This document shows positions 38,501 through 48,535 of a DNA stretch of 64,000 nt, piece after piece. Under the pieces are notes generated by a model. That model searched no databases, had not been told where the DNA came from, and saw nothing but the letters and a program-made list of their open reading frames with translations. Positions within the stretch are counted from its first letter, which is position 1; every line of letters starts with the position of its first letter. A program made the position numbers and the translations under genes. Source of the DNA: an uncultured cyanobacterium (GTDB lineage Bacteria; Cyanobacteriota; Cyanobacteriia; Phormidesmidales; Phormidesmidaceae). The stretch lies in the NCBI GenBank assembly GCA_963793265.1, contig CAWBZI010000006.1:800001-864000 (forward strand). The letters are read 5' to 3'.

Positions 38501-40360
38501 ATGGTGTCAGCTTCTTCGAGTCAACCGCCTGCTGAAAACCCGGATAAGAAACGGAGTGCTAAGGGCGATTGGCGACTGTTTTTGAGGTTAGCGCCTTATA
38601 TTAAGCGGAATCGCAAACAGCTAATCTTACCACTGACTTTATTGGTGCCGCTGTCTTTGGCCCAAGCGCTGCAGCCGGTTTTAATTGGCCAGGCGATTTC
38701 GCTGATTAAGCAGGAAAATGCAAGCTGGGATATTTTTGCATCCATGAGCCTGCGGGCAGGTCTGAACTGGATTATCGGTGGGCTTTTGTTGGCGATCGCA
38801 ACCCGTTTAGCTTTAGATGGCTGGCAGAGCTACCAAATTCAAAAAGTCGGACAGAGCATCACCGCCGACGTGCGCAAAGATCTCTTCAAGCACGTTACCG
38901 ATCTATCGATGGGCTTTTTTGATCGAACGCCAGTTGGCAGGCTTATCACCCGGCTCACTAGCGACGTGGATGCCCTCGGTGACGTGTTCGCGACAGGGGC
39001 TATTGGCATCATCAGCGACCTGTTTTTGATTTTGGTGCTGATGGGCACGATGCTTCAGCAGGAATGGCGGCTAGGACTCATGCTGATTGCAATGCTGCTG
39101 CCGGTCACAGCGCTGATTATTTATTTTCAGCAGCAGTATCGCAAAGCCAACTACATCGCTCGCGAAGAACTTTCGACCCTTAACTCTAATTTGCAGGAAA
39201 ACATCAGCGGCATCAATGTAGTGCAGCTCTTTCGTCGCGAGCAGTTTAATGCAGAGCTGTTTCGGACGGTTAATAATCGCTATGTCAGCGCGTTGGACAA
39301 AACGATTTTCTATGATTCGGCTGTGTCTGCGACGTTGGAGTGGATTGCTTTGGTGGCGATCGCAGGCGTTTTAGCCTTAGGCGGCACCCTCGTCACAGGC
39401 GGTCTGATGGAAATCGGCACCCTCACAGCCTTTATCCTCTTTGCCCAGAAGCTATTCGATCCGCTACGTCAGTTTGCCGACAAGTTCACCGCTATTCAGG
39501 CCGGGCTAACGGCAGTTGAGCGCCTGAACGATTTATTAAGTGAGCCCGTGACCATTCGCGATGCCAAAAATACGGTCGCGCTGCCCTCTAATACGCTAGC
39601 TGATAATGAAACCGTTGTACCCGGCGAAATTCGTTTCAAGAACGTATCTTTTAGCTACAAAGCAGATGCCGATAAAGCGGAATACGTTCTTAACAATCTA
39701 GATTTTACAATTCGACCCGGCGAAAAAGTTGCCCTGGTTGGCCCAACAGGCGCAGGGAAAAGCTCGATTATTCGGCTGCTGTGTCGCCTGTATGAAGTGA
39801 GCGAGGGGCAGATCTTGCTCGACAACGTGGATATTCGGGATATTGCTCAGCAGGATTTGCGCGATCGCATTGCCATCATTCTCCAAGACGGCTTTCTCTT
39901 CTCAGGCGACGTTACCCGCAACATCACGCTTGGCGAAGACTACAGCTTTGAGAAAGTTCAGAAAGCCGCCGAGCAAACCAACGTTGCGAAGTTTATAGAA
40001 CAGCTTCCACAGGGCTACGAAACCGTCCTACGCGAACGTGGGACTAACCTTTCAGGCGGCGAAAAGCAGCTCCTTGCCTTTGCCCGTGCCGCCATTCGCA
40101 ACCCTGGCATTTTGGTATTAGACGAAGCCACCGCAAACCTAGACGTAGGTACCGAAGCGATGATTCAGCAGGCGCTTGATAAGCTGCTCGAAAATCGCAC
40201 GGCCATTATCATCGCCCACCGCCTCTCGACCATTCGCGATGTGGATCGAATTTTAGTGCTTAAGCAGGGGCAGTTAATTGAGCAGGGATCTCATGATGAG
40301 CTGCTAGAAAAAGACGGCCTCTATGCAAGTTTGTACAAGCTACAAATGCTTGGTCAATAA
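38501..40360 (+). CDS. ABC exporter, fused TMD-NBD
   Basis: TM domain; GPTGAGKS, LSGGEKQ, LVLDEAT, IAHRLST. Confidence 0.93.
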   Translation: MVSASSSQPPAENPDKKRSAKGDWRLFLRLAPYIKRNRKQLILPLTLLVPLSLAQALQPVLIGQAISLIKQENASWDIFASMSLRAGLNWIIGGLLLAIATRLALDGWQSYQIQKVGQSITADVRKDLFKHVTDLSMGFFDRTPVGRLITRLTSDVDALGDVFATGAIGIISDLFLILVLMGTMLQQEWRLGLMLIAMLLPVTALIIYFQQQYRKANYIAREELSTLNSNLQENISGINVVQLFRREQFNAELFRTVNNRYVSALDKTIFYDSAVSATLEWIALVAIAGVLALGGTLVTGGLMEIGTLTAFILFAQKLFDPLRQFADKFTAIQAGLTAVERLNDLLSEPVTIRDAKNTVALPSNTLADNETVVPGEIRFKNVSFSYKADADKAEYVLNNLDFTIRPGEKVALVGPTGAGKSSIIRLLCRLYEVSEGQILLDNVDIRDIAQQDLRDRIAIILQDGFLFSGDVTRNITLGEDYSFEKVQKAAEQTNVAKFIEQLPQGYETVLRERGTNLSGGEKQLLAFARAAIRNPGILVLDEATANLDVGTEAMIQQALDKLLENRTAIIIAHRLSTIRDVDRILVLKQGQLIEQGSHDELLEKDGLYASLYKLQMLGQ

Positions 40361-40428
40361 GCTTATTGACAGATCAAGTTTGGTAACGCGCTTTGGTTTA
40401 ATAGAAGTGATTATCTAAAGATGAGGGC

Positions 40429-41508
40429 GTGGCCTTGGTTAGTACGAAGCATATTGAGTTTGATGGGCCGCAGCTATTGCAGCAGTTGATTGAGAGGCGA
40501 TCGCTCACCCAGGCCCAGGCCGAGGCCCTGATGGACTGCTGGCTTACCGAAACCCTTTCACCTATCCTCTCTAGCGCCATCCTCATCGCCATTCAGGCTA
40601 AAGGCGTCACAGGCGACGAACTCGCAGGGATGGCCCGAGTCCTTCAAGGCCAATCCCTCGGCGGTGCGGTCACTGATATTCTCGATCTGCCGCCTAATCG
40701 CATCGACACTTGTGGTACAGGCGGTGATGGATCATCTACCTTCAACATTTCTACCGCCGTCGCTTTTGTTGCCGCCGCCGCTGGCATTCCCGTTGCCAAA
40801 CACGGCAACCGCTCAGCCTCTAGCAAAGTAGGCTCTGCCGACGTGCTTGAAGGACTAGGAATAGACCTATCAGCCTCGCCCGACAAATCCAAAGCCGCAC
40901 TCAAAGAAGTAGGCGTTACCTTTTTGTTTGCTCGCGGCTGGCATCCCGCGATGAAGGCCGTCGCTCCTTTACGCGGTGAGCTAAAAGTTCGCACCGTATT
41001 CAACTTGCTTGGCCCCCTAGTCAATCCGCTGCGGCCGACAGGACAGGTAATCGGCGTCTATAGTCCTGCTGTTATTGAGCCAATGGCAGTAGCGCTGAAG
41101 CAGTTAGGAATGAAGCAGGCGATGGTTCTTCACGGCAGAGAAACCTTAGACGAAGCGGGCTTAGGCAAACCAACCGACGTTTCTGTAGTCAACAATGGCA
41201 TAGTCACCAAAGAAGTCCTAAACCCTGAAGCCTTCAATCTCACTCCTGCGCCTTTATCGGCATTGAAGGGTGGCGAGTTAGAGGAGAACACAACGATTCT
41301 GCGTAACGTGCTTCAGGGCAAAGGCACCCAAGCTCAGCAAGACGCGGTTGCTTTGAATGCAGCTTTAGCGCTGAAAGTGGGCGGTTTAGCCGAGGGTGAT
41401 ACTTTTGAAGCGGCCTGTGCAGATGGCGTTAACAGAGCCCAAAATATTATCAGAAGTGGCGCAGCATGGGACAAGCTAGAGCAGCTAGTGGCTTTCCTAC
41501 AAAACTAA
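40429..41508 (+). CDS. trpD: Anthranilate phosphoribosyltransferase
   Basis: [39 protein letters not shown]. Confidence 0.96.
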   Translation: MALVSTKHIEFDGPQLLQQLIERRSLTQAQAEALMDCWLTETLSPILSSAILIAIQAKGVTGDELAGMARVLQGQSLGGAVTDILDLPPNRIDTCGTGGDGSSTFNISTAVAFVAAAAGIPVAKHGNRSASSKVGSADVLEGLGIDLSASPDKSKAALKEVGVTFLFARGWHPAMKAVAPLRGELKVRTVFNLLGPLVNPLRPTGQVIGVYSPAVIEPMAVALKQLGMKQAMVLHGRETLDEAGLGKPTDVSVVNNGIVTKEVLNPEAFNLTPAPLSALKGGELEENTTILRNVLQGKGTQAQQDAVALNAALALKVGGLAEGDTFEAACADGVNRAQNIIRSGAAWDKLEQLVAFLQN

Positions 41509-41533
41509 CGACTTACACTAGCAATAGATAGAA

Positions 41534-42112
41534 GTGGTACTGATAGCTATGGTTACTATTACAAAAGATCCTGTCGCTCAGAAATCTGATGCATTACGAC
41601 CCGATTCTTTAGAAGCTTGGTTAGAGAACCCACCAAAAGGAACCGAGTGGGTAGACGGTCAGTTAATTGAGAAGACAGGCATGACGCTGACACATAGTAA
41701 GGTACAAGGCAATCTGTATTACTTTTGGCGCTCGTATCAGGAGCAGCAAAAGTTGGATGGGCGAGCTTATACAGAAGTACCTTGCAAAACCAAGAAACAA
41801 GGTAGAAAGCCGGACGTGGCTTATCTCACTCAAGCGCTATTAGAACAGTATGGCGAACCTAATACTTTGCCGCGAAGCTTCCCTTTGATTGCAGAGATTG
41901 TGTCCCCGACAGACTACGCAGGGGACGTATATGACAAAGCCGATGAGTATTTAGACTCAGGCTGTGAAGAAGTTTGGCTAGTTTTCCCTGACAATCAAAG
42001 GGTCGTCGTGGTCACGGCTGAGAGTGAGCAAACTTTCAAATCTGGTGAAACAGTGAGAACCCAAGTGGTATTACCTGGATTCAGTATTTCAGTCGATAAT
42101 TTGCTGTCCTAA
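41534..42112 (+). CDS. Uma2 family PD-(D/E)XK endonuclease-like protein
   Basis: EWVDG, RKPDVAY, PLIAEIVSP, EVWLV, VLPGFSI. Confidence 0.88.
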   Translation: MVLIAMVTITKDPVAQKSDALRPDSLEAWLENPPKGTEWVDGQLIEKTGMTLTHSKVQGNLYYFWRSYQEQQKLDGRAYTEVPCKTKKQGRKPDVAYLTQALLEQYGEPNTLPRSFPLIAEIVSPTDYAGDVYDKADEYLDSGCEEVWLVFPDNQRVVVVTAESEQTFKSGETVRTQVVLPGFSISVDNLLS

Positions 42113-42123
42113 CACTTCTCAAA

Positions 42124-43527
42124 TTATTCTTCTATCGCATTGGTAAGCGGGATATCGGCAGCAGAGGTGACGAATAGAGAAAGGATTGCGCCGACGGCCA
42201 TGAAGCCACCGCCTAAAATGACGACTGAGAGGCGATCGCCTCCCAAAAAAGCACCCATAAACCGACCTAACCCTAACGCTGCCACAATCTCAGGAATCAC
42301 CACGAAGCAGTTAAAAATCCCCATATACAAGCAATTCTTCTCCAACGGTAGCACCTTTACCAACATGGCGTAAGGCAGCGACAGCATACTGGCAAAAGCA
42401 ATTCCTAGTCCGACCATCGGCAATAGCAGCCAGTATTGAGAATGAACATAGTGCAGCGAAGCTAAGCTGAGGGCTCCACAGATTAGGCAAAGGCCGTGAG
42501 CCATGGGCGCAGAAAATCGACGAGTTAAGGCAGGTAGTGTAAAAGAAAAGCCACAGCAAACCAGATTGTACAGCGCCATGCAGAGCCCGGCCCACTCGAT
42601 TCCAGCCGCATAAAGTGGAGTGCTTTGCTCAGTTGCGCCAAAGATGTTGTGAGCGATCGCAGGCGGAAAGTACAGGAATACGCAAAACATTCCCAGCCAG
42701 CTAAAACACTGCACCCAAGCCAACTGACGCATGAGCGGCGGCATGTCACGAACGGCTTGCCATGTGTCCAAGAAAAAGTTGCCCGAGTCCAGATCTTCTA
42801 ACTCGTTTTCTGGGAAAAACGGTTTTGGGGCGGCAACGATTGTCCAAAGAACAGCCCCTGAGAAAGCAGCCGCGCCGATATAAAAGGAAACTTTGACCGA
42901 CTGAGGAATCACTACGCCTAGATGTGGCGGTAAAAATCTGGCGATTATCCATGGTAGGGCAGACGCGACAACTGCGCCTAAACCTGTCGCAACGCCCTGC
43001 ATAGAGAAGGCTTTTGTTCGCTGATGTTCGGGTACAAGATCAGAGACGAACGAGCGAAAAGGCGTCATGCTGACGTTTGCTGAGGCGTCTAGTAGCCAAA
43101 GTGCAGCCGCAGCAACCCAGAGGGCGTGCGCGTTAGGCATGATTAGCAGTGCTAGGGAGCTAGACAGTGCGCCGAGTAGAAAATAGGGGCGACGGCGACC
43201 TAAGGAGGAACGGGTGCGATCGCTTAAATACCCCACCACTGGCTGAATAATTAAACCTGACATCGGCGCAGCCAACCACAGTATCGGTAGCTGCTCAGCA
43301 TCAGCACCTAGCGACTCAAAAATAGCGCTGGTGTTCGCCATCTGAAGGCCCCATCCAACTTGAATTCCAAAGAAGGCGAAGCTAATATTCCAAAGCTGTC
43401 GAAAGCTTAAATTTATTTTTATCGGCGTTACTTCCGGGAGCAAAGAATTCGCTGAAGTGTCTTCGTCTTGAGGCTCTAATTTGTTGCTTGAAACGTCAAA
43501 GAGCAAATCTAGCGGCCCATCTGCCAT
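42124..43527 (-). CDS. MFS/GPH sugar transporter (sucrose/maltose type)
   Basis: FFGIQVGWGLQ, QPVVGYLSDRT..GRRRPY, YMGIFNCFVVIPE. Confidence 0.85.
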   Translation of the reverse strand: MADGPLDLLFDVSSNKLEPQDEDTSANSLLPEVTPIKINLSFRQLWNISFAFFGIQVGWGLQMANTSAIFESLGADAEQLPILWLAAPMSGLIIQPVVGYLSDRTRSSLGRRRPYFLLGALSSSLALLIMPNAHALWVAAAALWLLDASANVSMTPFRSFVSDLVPEHQRTKAFSMQGVATGLGAVVASALPWIIARFLPPHLGVVIPQSVKVSFYIGAAAFSGAVLWTIVAAPKPFFPENELEDLDSGNFFLDTWQAVRDMPPLMRQLAWVQCFSWLGMFCVFLYFPPAIAHNIFGATEQSTPLYAAGIEWAGLCMALYNLVCCGFSFTLPALTRRFSAPMAHGLCLICGALSLASLHYVHSQYWLLLPMVGLGIAFASMLSLPYAMLVKVLPLEKNCLYMGIFNCFVVIPEIVAALGLGRFMGAFLGGDRLSVVILGGGFMAVGAILSLFVTSAADIPLTNAIEE

Positions 43528-43648
43528 CGTTGAACCATATATCTGACTTGGGCGATATCTAACCTAAGCGATCGCTCCACACCAACTATAGACAGCCCCG
43601 CTACATTTCGTCCGTAGATGAAAAATATTACTTATTACTGATATCTGT

Positions 43649-45040
43649 TTAGTTGAAATGCTTCTCTAACCAGCCTTTCATTTTTCCAGGATTCAGCAGA
43701 CCGTAAGGATCAACTTGCTCCTTAAACTTAAGTTGATTCTCATCGACAGTTTTGCGTCCGCCGTCTTCTAAAACGTAGGTATGAGGATTCGCAATAAAGG
43801 CTCCTTTCTCTTCGTGGTAGCGAATAATCTCTTTCAATCGCTCAGCCGTAGAATAGCGAACGAGTTGTAGAGCAGCAGGAAGAATCTTGCCCTGAGAGCG
43901 AATGTATTCCAGGTGCATGACTACTTCATTACCAAAGTGCTCGTACATGTGCGCCAGTAGCTTTAATTCAGGATCGTAGGGGAATACCGTTTGTAGATAC
44001 GTCCAAGATTCATCAGCGTTGCGAGCGTGAAGTGTTGTATGGTTCCAGGTAAATTCTCCAATAGCTGCGCCTTTACCTGCGGCCTGTGCGTCTTTTTGAT
44101 AGGTGATAGTTCCTGAGTAATCTTCTACTAGCTCGCTTAACGCAGTCAAATCAGCTTCGGAAACCATTAGCAAAGCGGCAGCTTTCCCTTCAGGCAAAGC
44201 ATCTTGAAGGGCAGCAAAGTAGCTGGGTATCGGCCAAGCGTGAATGCTGATGAGCTTTTTGATAATGCCATCAGCATCACCTAAGACCTGACCAAATCGG
44301 GCGGCGCTTATGAAGTCATCAAACACCACAATGACTTCAGCCCAGGGATAGGCTGGCCCCAGCGGAATTTCGAGTTCGGTGATGATGCCGTTGGTGCCGT
44401 AGGCATGGTTCACCTGCTGCACATCGTCGCCGCGCAGCTCAATAATGCGAGGCGTGTCTTCTAAAGTAGCGACGCGGACGGCCTGAAGATTGCCCCGATC
44501 GGCAAGCTGTCCGTACATCACTGAGCCAATGCCGCCGCTGCCGCCACCAATAAAACCGCCAATAGTCGCCGTGCGATAGGTCGAAGGAGCCATCCGAATC
44601 TCCCAACCTTGAGGGCGACTGAGGCGATCAATCGCGGCTAGCTTTGCTCCAGCTTCAACGCGGGCAACACCCGGCTTTATCCACTTCACGGCGTTCATGG
44701 CGCTAAGATCGAGAATGACGCCGCCTGATAGAGGAATTGCTTGACCATAGTTGCCGGTACCAGCACCTCTAACGGTCAACGAAACTTTGGCTTCTACACA
44801 GGCTTTGGCAACTTTCAGCACCTCAGCTTCGGTTTTAGGACGCACGACTAAATCGCCTACTTTGTCCTTGAGCTGCTCGGCTAGTAGCGGACTGAAATAG
44901 TAGTAGTCCTTAGAGAGCTTGCTGACGATAGCAGGGGCGATCGCGGTTTCAATACTCTCCAAACTCGCCGCAAAAGCTGACCAATCGATTGACTGAGCCG
45001 TCACTGCAAGCTGCGACAAAGATTGTGCTGAAGAGATCAT
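43649..45040 (-). CDS. FAD-binding oxidoreductase (FAD_binding_4/GlcD-like)
   Basis: VRGAGTGNYG, ATIGGFIGGGSGG, GTNGII, DPYGLLNPGK. Confidence 0.88.
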   Translation of the reverse strand: MISSAQSLSQLAVTAQSIDWSAFAASLESIETAIAPAIVSKLSKDYYYFSPLLAEQLKDKVGDLVVRPKTEAEVLKVAKACVEAKVSLTVRGAGTGNYGQAIPLSGGVILDLSAMNAVKWIKPGVARVEAGAKLAAIDRLSRPQGWEIRMAPSTYRTATIGGFIGGGSGGIGSVMYGQLADRGNLQAVRVATLEDTPRIIELRGDDVQQVNHAYGTNGIITELEIPLGPAYPWAEVIVVFDDFISAARFGQVLGDADGIIKKLISIHAWPIPSYFAALQDALPEGKAAALLMVSEADLTALSELVEDYSGTITYQKDAQAAGKGAAIGEFTWNHTTLHARNADESWTYLQTVFPYDPELKLLAHMYEHFGNEVVMHLEYIRSQGKILPAALQLVRYSTAERLKEIIRYHEEKGAFIANPHTYVLEDGGRKTVDENQLKFKEQVDPYGLLNPGKMKGWLEKHFN

Positions 45041-45152
45041 GCGATTGAAGAATACGACAGGGGAGATTGCTGGGAATAGAAGAGATTATAGACGTTTGGC
45101 AAACTTGAAGAATCATCAACTCGCCCTACGTACGCTGGCAACCATCCCGTAG

Positions 45153-45401
45153 GGTGAGAGGCGATCGCCTTTCAAATCATTCTACTTAATAGCCCTCAAG
45201 GGCGTCTTCGAGGACATGCGACATGACTTTGCCTCAAGGTCAGGAACCTTAGTCATTTCGGTATTCGGACTGCTGATCTACACCATCTTTTTGAGAGTGT
45301 CTTTAGAGAGCTTTATTACCATCATTCGGACTGCGGAAAATACGCGCATCCTTTCAGAAAACGTGCTTAACAATACGGCAGTTGATAACTTGAACACTTA
45401 A
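45153..45401 (+). pseudogene. Probable 5'-truncated DUF4282-like membrane protein remnant
   Basis: LLIYTIFLRVSLESFITIIRTAENT resembles the DUF4282 C-terminus; in-frame stop at 45150. Confidence 0.45.
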
Positions 45402-45511
45402 CTGGCGTGATATTACGGAGGGAGAACCGGCTATAGATTGCCAATTATTGATAGGTAAGCGCATCGCTTCACGACCGCTTTATCTCACCTTCGCTACACA
45501 ACATAAAGCTT

Positions 45512-45688
45512 ATGATGTCCGCTAATCCTATTTCTAAGTTTCCTATTTGGCAGTATTTGCGCCAGCCAATTGGGGAGCGCGATCATAAGCTGATCGTGAA
45601 CCCTATGAAATTCTGGCACACTCAAAAGGTGCACTACATTGAGCGCTGCTGGGTTATGTCTTATTCACCCGAAGAACGCGCTCACTAA
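45512..45688 (+). CDS. Unannotated 58-aa cyanobacterial-type small protein
   Basis: Own translation: MMSANPISKFPIWQYLRQPIGERDHKLIVNPMKFWHTQKVHYIERCWVMSYSPEERAH; terminator downstream. Confidence 0.7.
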   Translation: MMSANPISKFPIWQYLRQPIGERDHKLIVNPMKFWHTQKVHYIERCWVMSYSPEERAH

Positions 45689-45733
45689 GCAGCTTGAGGA
45701 ATCAGGGAAGCGCTGCTTCAGTATTAAAAGCAT

Positions 45734-45784
45734 CATAAAAAAGCACGGCTAGCTATCTTACTAGAGCAGCCGTGCTTTTTTATG
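45734..45784. terminator. Bidirectional terminator
   Basis: CATAAAAAAGCACGGCT/AGCCGTGCTTTTTTATG. Confidence 0.85.
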
Positions 45785-45831
45785 GTTGTAAAGAGGTAGT
45801 CATAAAAAGACGTTTGCTAGCTGTCAGAAGA

Positions 45832-48249
45832 TCACTCGAAGGTTTGGCTGAGTGCTTCTTTTGCGGTTGTCCAGTTAGCGATCGCTGGCGTCAGCCACAG
45901 CCAGTTACCACCCAGCGACTTCGCATCAAACTCAGTGGGAGCCTCGTCTATCACTTTCAAATAAGCCAATCCTGCTTGCTCTAACAGTCGTCTGCTCTCT
46001 AGCGGGTCAACTTCGTCCTCAGACAGCGCCAGCGCAGCCATTGCAATCCCAGCATAGGCATTGAGTACATACTGCTCCTCAGCGTCGTCTGCAAAATAAA
46101 CATTGAGCGCATCGCCCTGACGATCAGCTAGCTCAATCGCCTGCTCCCAGGCTTCTAGCGCCAGGTCTTCACGACCGTCTGCGTAATGGGCAAAGCCAAG
46201 CGCCATTGAAATTTCCATCCAATCAGGCTCGTTCTCTAACGCCGCTGCCCATGACCGCATAGCGTCGCTAGTGGAGATGACGGCGCTGCCCTGCTTAGCT
46301 AAACTCCACTGCGCTCTGCCTCTGAGAAATAGAACGATGACATCTTGCTGCTGTCGGAGATTTGCGGCATCTAAAGCATCAAGGGCAGCCTGGTACTCGC
46401 TGTTGTCAATTAAGCGCTTGGTAGCAGCCGTCGCAATATCCAAGCGATCCTGGTTAAGTGCAACTTCGATTTGAGCAGGTAAGCCTAGTTCGTTAAGGGA
46501 AGCAGCCGGTTGAAGCGGTTGGGGCTGGCGCGATCGCCCTAAGTAAGCAACTGTGCCCGCACCTAGCAGCGCTACCAAGGCAATCGAAGCGATTCCAGGA
46601 ACCGTCAGTAGCTTAGTGTGCAGCGTATGACTACGCGTAAGCCTCTCACCAATAAGTTCAGGCACCTCATCTTTTTGACGCGGCTTGCGAATTGACTCAT
46701 CAACAGCCCGTTCTGTAGACGGTTCGCGGTCATCACTTTGCGGAGGCGTTGCCGCTGTGCGCGGCTCTCCATAGAATCCGCTAGGTGTTTCTATCTCTTC
46801 TGGCACGCGCAGTTCTCCATCAATCTCAGCTTGGGTCAGTGGCGATGAGAGCTTTTGTACCATAGCGGCGGTTACCTCAACATCGTTGTTATTAACTAGA
46901 CGTGTCTCATTATTTGAACGGACAGCGTTTGTAGCAGCAGCGCCTGAAGGAGACTGAGGCGGAACCGGCCAGTCGATATCAGCTAATCCTGGCTCAGAGA
47001 ACATATCTCCAAACGGATCGTTGTGCGGATCAGGCAGATCGACAGCGCTGCTGCCGCCCTCCGTCATCAACAAATAACCCTCAAAAGACGGCTGCATATA
47101 GAGCGTTGGCAGCGCCCAGTAAAACTGGTGCGAACCGTAGGCCGAAATCAAGCCCTGGCGCGTTCGATTGAGACTCAAATCAATCGATTGCCCCTTTCTC
47201 AGATTGCGATAGAGCAACTGCGTAAACGTAATCGCCACATGATCGGGAATTCGCTCTGCCATCGCAATCACGCTAGGCACGCCCCGGTTCACCAGCGCCT
47301 GGGCCAAATTACGCTCTTGCCAGCCCTGCTTCGAGCTAGAGCTATAGCCACCTCTACATGAGTTAAACACCGCTAGCCTAATGCCGTTATTCACCAGCAG
47401 CCCAGCTAAATCTTCACCGCTCAATCGCTCTGTCAGGCCGGTTTGGCGACTGACCAAATAAAGATCGCCGCCCGCATCCCCTAAGTTGCTATGGCCCGCA
47501 TAGTGCAACACCTGATAGTCACCGCGATCTAACTCTTGAGTCAGCTCCGCGCGACCTGGCTGCTCTAATATCTTGAGCTGAACATCTAGCAGCGCATCGT
47601 CATCTGCTGCACCGACAGGATGTAGCTCAGTTTGCAGGTGATGCACCTCTTGCTTTAGCTCCAGGCGCTCTTGGTCATTGGGCGAGGCAATCACCATCAA
47701 AATCCTGAGCACTTTTTCAGGCGTGCTTTGATGGGGCACTTGCACCATATGGCTGTGTCGCTGATCGAGAATGTAACGGGAGAAAATAACGTCTGTGCCC
47801 GTTGCCAGCGGTCTGGTTCTAGCGTGCAGCGCCTCCCAGGGAAGCTGCTGAAGGCGGCTGTCTTTCATGCCAATTCGCAAGCGCAGCAGCTCTTGGCGGT
47901 TCTGAGCGACGCCTTGAGCGGTCACCCAGCTATCGTGAAGCTGACCTTTGAAGAGTTCGTCGTGTAGGGTTTGGCCTAGCTGAATGAGGGTAGAGGCGTC
48001 TGGGTTTTCGGGTAGCGATCGCAAATTACTGTGCCCGGCGCGAGCGCTACGCGGCTGTCTCTGTAGCAAACCCAGTAGCGGATCGTGCATAAAAGACTTC
48101 GTTTTCTCTAACCACTGAGCCACGGGCCAGCGCACTTTCTCTTCAGCAAGCTGCACGCCCTTCGCCACGTTTTCCGTACGTACCAAATACTGATCGCCGT
48201 ACTGATCGCCGCCAACGGCAGTGATGGATATTTCAAATTCCTGTATCAC
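45832..48249 (-). CDS. hetF: HetF-like CHAT (caspase-hemoglobinase) protease with TM helix and TPR-like C-terminus
   Basis: QEFEISIT..YLVRTE..GVQLAEE; LPWE; HYAGHS and FNSCRG dyad; FYWALP; GTG start at 48249 assumed. Confidence 0.85.
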   Translation of the reverse strand: MIQEFEISITAVGGDQYGDQYLVRTENVAKGVQLAEEKVRWPVAQWLEKTKSFMHDPLLGLLQRQPRSARAGHSNLRSLPENPDASTLIQLGQTLHDELFKGQLHDSWVTAQGVAQNRQELLRLRIGMKDSRLQQLPWEALHARTRPLATGTDVIFSRYILDQRHSHMVQVPHQSTPEKVLRILMVIASPNDQERLELKQEVHHLQTELHPVGAADDDALLDVQLKILEQPGRAELTQELDRGDYQVLHYAGHSNLGDAGGDLYLVSRQTGLTERLSGEDLAGLLVNNGIRLAVFNSCRGGYSSSSKQGWQERNLAQALVNRGVPSVIAMAERIPDHVAITFTQLLYRNLRKGQSIDLSLNRTRQGLISAYGSHQFYWALPTLYMQPSFEGYLLMTEGGSSAVDLPDPHNDPFGDMFSEPGLADIDWPVPPQSPSGAAATNAVRSNNETRLVNNNDVEVTAAMVQKLSSPLTQAEIDGELRVPEEIETPSGFYGEPRTAATPPQSDDREPSTERAVDESIRKPRQKDEVPELIGERLTRSHTLHTKLLTVPGIASIALVALLGAGTVAYLGRSRQPQPLQPAASLNELGLPAQIEVALNQDRLDIATAATKRLIDNSEYQAALDALDAANLRQQQDVIVLFLRGRAQWSLAKQGSAVISTSDAMRSWAAALENEPDWMEISMALGFAHYADGREDLALEAWEQAIELADRQGDALNVYFADDAEEQYVLNAYAGIAMAALALSEDEVDPLESRRLLEQAGLAYLKVIDEAPTEFDAKSLGGNWLWLTPAIANWTTAKEALSQTFE

Positions 48250-48429
48250 AGCTGCTCTTATCCCCTGATGTTTGCCCTTGATATTCAACCTCTCAAGATA
48301 GGCTCGCTGCACCGCTGTTCTACCATCTTAAGCACTTTAACCAGGCATTGTATCCGTGTCAGATGTGCCTATTGTTGTGCCCAAAGCGAAGCGGGTCTAT
48401 TCCTACGCTCGACTATCCGTTAAGAATGT

Positions 48430-48535
48430 GTATCTCCCGATCTTTCGTTCTCGTAATCCCTATGGTAGAAAGCAGACTTCTCCTTTAGGAAGCCGGTTGG
48501 GACACCTTAGGGCCGTGCCCACCTGATGGCTAACC
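48430..48535 (+). ncRNA. Candidate structured RNA divergent from hetF
   Basis: Several nested stems with G-U pairs, -10-like TAAGAAT at 48421; no family recognised. Confidence 0.35.

Noticed and set aside
41534..42112. Uma2 gene as a defence system
   Set aside because: Uma2 paralogues are abundant and scattered in cyanobacteria; no partner genes here.
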